A stretch of DNA of 63,087 nt, counting the filler, from Actinomycetales bacterium (GTDB taxonomy: Bacteria; Actinomycetota; Actinomycetes; Actinomycetales; CAVURS01): the NCBI GenBank assembly GCA_045807245.1. It is 3 parts of 3 records of this genome, joined end to end, with 100 filler letters (N's around TTAATTAATTAA, not from the genome) between each part and the next. Parts side by side here need not be neighbours in the genome. Positions count along the whole stretch, not along the records: positions 48,754 to 63,087 come from JBJMHS010000053.1; 2 more parts are not named here. One strand, written 5' to 3'. The position numbers were made by a program, and so were the translations under genes. This document shows, piece after piece, positions 58,285 to 63,087 of this stretch. A model generated the notes under the pieces. The model was given only the letters and a program-made list of their open reading frames with translations, did no database searches and was not told the origin of the DNA. The stretch's first letter is position 1. Each line of letters starts with the position of its first letter.

Positions 58285-59058
58285 TCACCGCGTGGCCCAG
58301 AGGAAGAACTCGACGTTTCCGGATGCTCCGGGCAGGCGGCTCGGTACGACGGCGTTCACGGTCAGTCCCGCGCGCTCAGCCGCGGTCCGCACGCCCCTCA
58401 CGGACTCGTCCCGGAGCTGCTCGCTGCGAACGACACCGTCCTTCCGGAGGCGCTCCCGGCCGATCTCGAACTGCGGCTTCACCAGCAGGACCAGGTCGCC
58501 GCCCGGGCGAACCAGCCCGGCCAGCGCCGACATCACGATGGTCAGCGACACGAACGACAGGTCGGCGACAACGAGGTCGAACGGGCCGCCGATCTCCTCG
58601 GCGTTGACGTCGCGAACGTTCAGGCCCGGCCGGTCCTCCACCCTCGGATCGGCCGCCAGGGACTCCGCAAGCTGGCCATGGCCGACGTCGAGCGCCACGA
58701 CGCGCTCGGCGCCGCGCTCCAGCAGCACCTGCGTGAACCCGCCGGTGCTCGCGCCGACGTCGACGGCCTGGGCACCGGCAACGTGTGGACCGGCTCCCGG
58801 GCCCCCACGACGGTGGCCGGCCGAGGCGAAGTCCACGAGAGCTGCCCGTAGCTTCGCGGCACCGCGACCGACGTCGCCGTCTTCCTGACTCGGCTCCACC
58901 TCGATCCGGGCCTCGGCAACGACCGGCACGGCGGGCTTCGCCGCGGCCGACCCGTTGACGCGTACCCGGCCGGACCGGACCAGCTCGCCGGCTTGGCCCC
59001 GGGAGCGAGCCAGGCCTCGGCGGACCAGCTCGACGTCGACGCGCGGCACCGCGCTCAC
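58285..59058 (-). CDS. tlyA: TlyA-family rRNA methyltransferase
   Basis: S4 domain, DVGASTGGFT, DVGHGQL, DLSFVSL, LVKPQFE, GNVEF. Confidence 0.95.
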   Translation of the reverse strand: MSAVPRVDVELVRRGLARSRGQAGELVRSGRVRVNGSAAAKPAVPVVAEARIEVEPSQEDGDVGRGAAKLRAALVDFASAGHRRGGPGAGPHVAGAQAVDVGASTGGFTQVLLERGAERVVALDVGHGQLAESLAADPRVEDRPGLNVRDVNAEEIGGPFDLVVADLSFVSLTIVMSALAGLVRPGGDLVLLVKPQFEIGRERLRKDGVVRSEQLRDESVRGVRTAAERAGLTVNAVVPSRLPGASGNVEFFLWATR

Positions 59059-59279
59059 GCGCCAGAGTCGGCGAGCCGGTCCTGGAGGGCTCGATGCGTG
59101 CCGACGTACGTGTCCAGCTGGTCGCCGGGTTCCGCATTCTGTACGGCGGCGGCCGCGGCGAGAGCAGCGTCGACCGCCGGGTCGCCGGTGCGAGGTGGCG
59201 TGTCCAGGGAAGGCTCCCTGTCATCCTGAGACGACGCCGGGACCTCGTCCTCCGACGAAGTCTGACCGTGTTCGCTCAC
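59055..59279 (-). CDS. Small hypothetical protein
   Basis: TGDPAVDAAL...HRALQDRL; GTGA overlaps on both sides. Confidence 0.7.
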   Translation of the reverse strand: MSEHGQTSSEDEVPASSQDDREPSLDTPPRTGDPAVDAALAAAAAVQNAEPGDQLDTYVGTHRALQDRLADSGA

Positions 59280-59947
59280 GGTGTCGTCGTCCCGGCGGTC
59301 GGGATCTTCATGGCGCTGGCCCTCTTCGCCGTCGCCTTCTTCGCCGTGGCTTTCGTCGCCGTGGCCTTCTTCGCCGTGGCCTTGCTCGCCGTGGCCTTCT
59401 TCGCCGTGGCTTTCGTCGCCGTGGCCTTCTTCGCTGTCGTCTTCGTCGTCGTGGCCTTACTCGTTGCGCCCGTCGCCGCACCCGTCGCCACGGCGGGGGC
59501 CGGGGTCGATCGGGCAGCTGGCGCAGCGGCCGTCGCCGACCGCTTGAGCGCTGCCCGGGGCGGGCGGGTGCGCGTTGCCGCGCGTGCTGCGGATGCGCTC
59601 GTCTCGGTGGCGGCTCGCTTGCCGCCGCGTCTCAGCTGCGCGACCGCGGTCTCCAGGTCGGCGATCTGCTTGCGCGCCGCTGCAAGCTCGGAGGCCGGGA
59701 CCAGGCCCAGCCGGCCCACCGCGACCTCTACCTCGCCGCGAACCATCTCGCGCACCGCTCGGCGGTTCGCACGGGCGGCGGAGATGAGCTCCTCGGCCAG
59801 CGTGCTCACCTGATGAGCGACCCCGGCCCCTCCGCTCGTGGCGCCTGTGGACGACAGCAGCGACTGGGCCAGGTCCTGGGCCCGTTTGCGGGTCAGCTCG
59901 GTAATACCGGTGGCCGCGTTCAGGTAACCGCGCATCGCGTCTCGCAT
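59276..59947 (-). CDS. Phasin-like coiled-coil protein with histone H1-like AKKATA tail
   Basis: GITELTRKRA, VGRLGL, coiled coil, then KATAKKATAT repeats; AGGAGGAG RBS. Confidence 0.7.
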   Translation of the reverse strand: MRDAMRGYLNAATGITELTRKRAQDLAQSLLSSTGATSGGAGVAHQVSTLAEELISAARANRRAVREMVRGEVEVAVGRLGLVPASELAAARKQIADLETAVAQLRRGGKRAATETSASAARAATRTRPPRAALKRSATAAAPAARSTPAPAVATGAATGATSKATTTKTTAKKATATKATAKKATASKATAKKATATKATAKKATAKRASAMKIPTAGTTTP

Positions 59948-60005
59948 CGTCTCCTCCTCTCGCGGGTCCGGCCGGGCCAGAACAGTGCCCAGGCCCCACG
60001 CAACG

Positions 60006-61052
60006 CTACCCGGACCAGGCCCGGAGGCTCTCCGCCGACGCGGTCAGGTCGACCTCAGCACCCCGATCCCGGGCAGACCAGGCGGCCACAGCAGCGCAGC
60101 GCCAGCCGTCAAGCGGGTCCGGTCCGCTCTCCCCTACGACCTCGAGCCGTACGCCGCTGACCCGGGCCCGGGCCTCTCGGCAGACCCACCACTCATCTGC
60201 CTGGACGACCGGCGGATGGCTCTGCCACAGGCCGGCCAGGTCCGCGGCCAGATAGCTCGGCCGCTCGTGTCGGCCGGCCCCGAGCAGCTGTTCCGGCCCG
60301 GTCACACCGGTAAGGACCAGCAGGGACGGGAAGCCGGCCGCGCCCGCCCCACCGATGTCGGTGTCCAGCCGATCTCCGATCACGAGCGCCCGGCCGCCAC
60401 CGGCGCGGCGAGCCGCGGACGTGAACAGGCCCGGTCCCGGCTTGCCGGTCACCTCGGGCTGTTTCCCCGTGGTTCGGGCAACGACGCCGACCAGCTGGCC
60501 GTTGCCCGGTGCGGTGCCTCGAGGCGTCGGGACAGTCATGTCCGGGTTGGTCGCGACCCAGTCGGCTCCTGCCCTCACGGCATAGGTCGCCTCGGCCAGG
60601 TCCCTCCAGCCGACGTCTGGCCCGAAGCCCTGCAGGACACCGGCCACCCCTCTCCGGGTCCGATGGACCGGCACGAGGCCGACCTCGTGAAGAGCGGCGG
60701 ACACTCCTGGGCCGCCCACGGCCAGGACCTCGCTACCCGCGGGCAGTCGAGACGCAAGCAGCTCGGCACCCTCCTGCGCAGCGGTCACGACTTGGTCGTC
60801 GTCAGCCTGGATGCCCAGCTCCCGCAGGTGCGCGGCGACGTCCTGGGGGGTCCGGGCTGCGTTGTTCGTGACGAACCGGCAGATCAGGCCGGCCCGAGCC
60901 GCGCGGCTGAGGCTCTCGGCCGCACCTGGCACGGCCTCCGGTCCGACGTACACGACGCCGTCGAGGTCGAACAGCAGGACGTCGAACCCACCCGCCAGCG
61001 GCTCCTCGGCCGACGACAGCCCGAGCTGGGCGGGCGGCTGGGCTGCGGACAC
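60006..61052 (-). CDS. HAD-IIA family hydrolase
   Basis: FDLDGVVY, VTNN, TNPD, GKP, IGDRLDTDI, VLTGV. Confidence 0.92.
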   Translation of the reverse strand: MSAAQPPAQLGLSSAEEPLAGGFDVLLFDLDGVVYVGPEAVPGAAESLSRAARAGLICRFVTNNAARTPQDVAAHLRELGIQADDDQVVTAAQEGAELLASRLPAGSEVLAVGGPGVSAALHEVGLVPVHRTRRGVAGVLQGFGPDVGWRDLAEATYAVRAGADWVATNPDMTVPTPRGTAPGNGQLVGVVARTTGKQPEVTGKPGPGLFTSAARRAGGGRALVIGDRLDTDIGGAGAAGFPSLLVLTGVTGPEQLLGAGRHERPSYLAADLAGLWQSHPPVVQADEWWVCREARARVSGVRLEVVGESGPDPLDGWRCAAVAAWSARDRGAEVDLTASAESLRAWSG

Positions 61053-61091
61053 GCACGGACCCTACCGAGCGGCACCGCCGTCTCAGGTCCC

Positions 61092-61466
61092 TCACGGCCC
61101 AGCGGCCGTCGTCGCCGCAAGGCTGGGTGGGAGTCGGCGCAGCGAGACCACCTCCACCTCGTAGCGGCTGGCCGGACCCGTCGGTGTCCGCCAGAAGCGC
61201 CGGCGCAGCGCGCCCTGGACCTCCACCAGTGTCCCCGGCGCCAGCCGCGCCGCACGCTGTCGCAGTCGGGCGCTCCACACCGCGCAGTCGAGCGTGTCGG
61301 AGCTCGGACCGCGCGGACGCCCCGCTCGCGGCGAGCGCGGCACGACCAACCGGAGCACGGTCACGGTGTCGCCACTAGGCAGCTCGCGCGTAGTCGCCCC
61401 GGTCGCGACCCGGCCGACCAGGCGCACCTCGTTGGCGGCCACGATCGTGTCCTTGCTGTTCGTCAT
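61092..61466 (-). CDS. Single-stranded DNA-binding protein paralogue (no acidic tail)
   Basis: NEVRLVGRV, RELPSGD, DTLDCAVW, VEVQGALRRRFW; ATG 61466. Confidence 0.85.
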   Translation of the reverse strand: MTNSKDTIVAANEVRLVGRVATGATTRELPSGDTVTVLRLVVPRSPRAGRPRGPSSDTLDCAVWSARLRQRAARLAPGTLVEVQGALRRRFWRTPTGPASRYEVEVVSLRRLPPSLAATTAAGP

Positions 61467-61483
61467 GGCCGCAGACTGGCCGC

Positions 61484-61556
61484 GCCCGCGGACAACGCCT
61501 CGGTGTGCCCGCGTGGCCTGTGGATGGCGGGGAGTGACGACCGCGCCTGTGGATGA
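61484..61556. promoter_or_regulatory. DnaA-box-like direct repeats upstream of SSB paralogue
   Basis: GCCTGTGGATG at 61516 and 61545; degenerate GCCCGCGGACA at 61484. Confidence 0.5.
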
Positions 61557-61570
61557 CGAGCGTGTGCCTC

Positions 61571-62428
61571 TCAGGTCCCCGCAGCGCTCGGGTCCGACTC
61601 GTCTCCGCGGTCTTCGTCGAGGTCGACGATCTCGCCGACCCCTTCTACCTCGGCCAGTCGCTCGGCGGCGTCCGTCTCGCCGGCGGTGTCGGCGGCAGCC
61701 GCGCGGGCCAGCCAGCTGTGCGCCTCGTCGGCCCGTCCGGCCGCCTCGAGCGCATCGGCGTAGGCGTAGGCCAGACGCGGCCACCACGAGGCCTTCTCGT
61801 TTCCGAGGTCGCTCGTCTGCAACGCCAGGACGGCGGCGTCGAGCTGGTGGAGGTCGCGCCGAGCACCGGAGGTCACGATGGCCAGCTCGACCCGCTCGGC
61901 CGCCGCCAACCGCCCCGCCTCCGGGCTGGCGGCGAGATCCAGGGCCCGTTCGGGACGGCCCAGGCCGCGCTCGGAGTCCGCCATCAGCGGGAGCAGGTGC
62001 GCCGAGCCGGACAGCCGTCTCGCGGCCCGGAACTCCGCCAGGGCCTCGGCGAAACGGCCGCTGCGGTAGGCAGCGACCCCGGTGACCTCGCGTACGACCG
62101 CTACGCGCCCGGCCCGATGTTGGGCCGCCATCGCGTTGGCGTACGCCGCGTCGGGGTCGAGGTCGAGCAGCCGGCCGACCTGGACCAGGTACCGGGCCAC
62201 CGTGTCCGCATTCGTGGGCGTCAGGGTGCGCAGCTCCGCCCGCACCGAGCGGTCCAGATCCTCGGGCCGCACGTCGTCGGGCAGGCGAGGGTCGGCGGGC
62301 GCGGACCGTCGCGGACCTGCGGGCGGTGGCTCACGACGTGGGCGCTCGACTGCGCGGTCGCTGCGACCGGTGACGTCCCGGCGCCCGCGACCACGGCGTT
62401 CGTTACCTCTGTCGTCCACGTCCCACAC
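61571..62428 (-). CDS. TPR-like repeat protein downstream of rrn
   Basis: AELRTL, ALAEFRAARR, MADSERGLGRPERAL, RLAYAYADAL. Confidence 0.8.
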   Translation of the reverse strand: MWDVDDRGNERRGRGRRDVTGRSDRAVERPRREPPPAGPRRSAPADPRLPDDVRPEDLDRSVRAELRTLTPTNADTVARYLVQVGRLLDLDPDAAYANAMAAQHRAGRVAVVREVTGVAAYRSGRFAEALAEFRAARRLSGSAHLLPLMADSERGLGRPERALDLAASPEAGRLAAAERVELAIVTSGARRDLHQLDAAVLALQTSDLGNEKASWWPRLAYAYADALEAAGRADEAHSWLARAAAADTAGETDAAERLAEVEGVGEIVDLDEDRGDESDPSAAGT

Positions 62429-62452
62429 TTTCCTCAGTGACCGCCAGAAATG

Positions 62453-62486
62453 CGAATGACCACCCGGTTGCCCGGGTGGTCATTCG
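62453..62486 (-). terminator. rrn terminator hairpin
   Basis: CGAATGACCACCCGG-ttgc-CCGGGTGGTCATTCG followed by a short T-rich tract on minus strand. Confidence 0.85.
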
Positions 62487-62495
62487 TGAAGTATG

Positions 62496-62613
62496 TCCGG
62501 CGGCGTCCTACTCTCCCACGCAGTCACCCGCGCAGTACCATCGGCGCTGAAGGGCTTAGCTTCCGGGTTCGGAATGGATCCGGGCGTTTCCCCTTCGCTA
62601 TGGCCGCCGAAAC
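62496..62613 (-). rRNA. rrf: 5S rRNA
   Basis: Reverse complement of CCTACTCTCCCAC...CAGTACCATCGGCGCT...CGGGTTCGGAATG. Confidence 0.96.
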
Positions 62614-62681
62614 TCTATGGAGATATCGCGGTTGACCCGACCGTATCTCGGGAACCGCACAGTGGACGCGTAGCATCTTTG

Positions 62682-63087
<406 letters not shown>

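Overview
High-GC actinobacterial DNA made of three contigs joined by artificial 100-bp linkers (N44-TTAATTAATTAA-N44 at 26107-26206 and 48654-48753), so adjacency across these points is not biological evidence. Contig 1 (1-26106) is the core secE-nusG-rplKA-rplJL-rpoBC region with tRNA-Trp. It also carries three tandem lipoprotein genes, a complete Mce lipid-import operon (mceG, yrbEAB, six mce, two mam), a P-loop kinase/LLM-oxidoreductase fusion, two copies of a composite palindromic repeat, an aminotransferase and the left end of an IS481-like element. Contig 2 (26207-48653) is accessory: a GH127/ABC/araBDA arabinoside-utilisation locus with two LacI regulators and visible operators, small enzymes, an S8 protease, a BlaI-M56-UppP module, a STAS/GAF-ANTAR/J-domain/Hsp20/HspR-like stress cluster, and two disrupted genes. 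Contig 3 (48754-63087) is the rrn-tlyA-nadK-recN-steA-steB-murJ region. There an orphan two-gene cassette (secreted Cys-bridged beta-rich protein plus membrane-anchored partner) splits steA from steB; it is the best candidate for an undescribed system. All calls rest on motif recognition and synteny knowledge; no database search was run.
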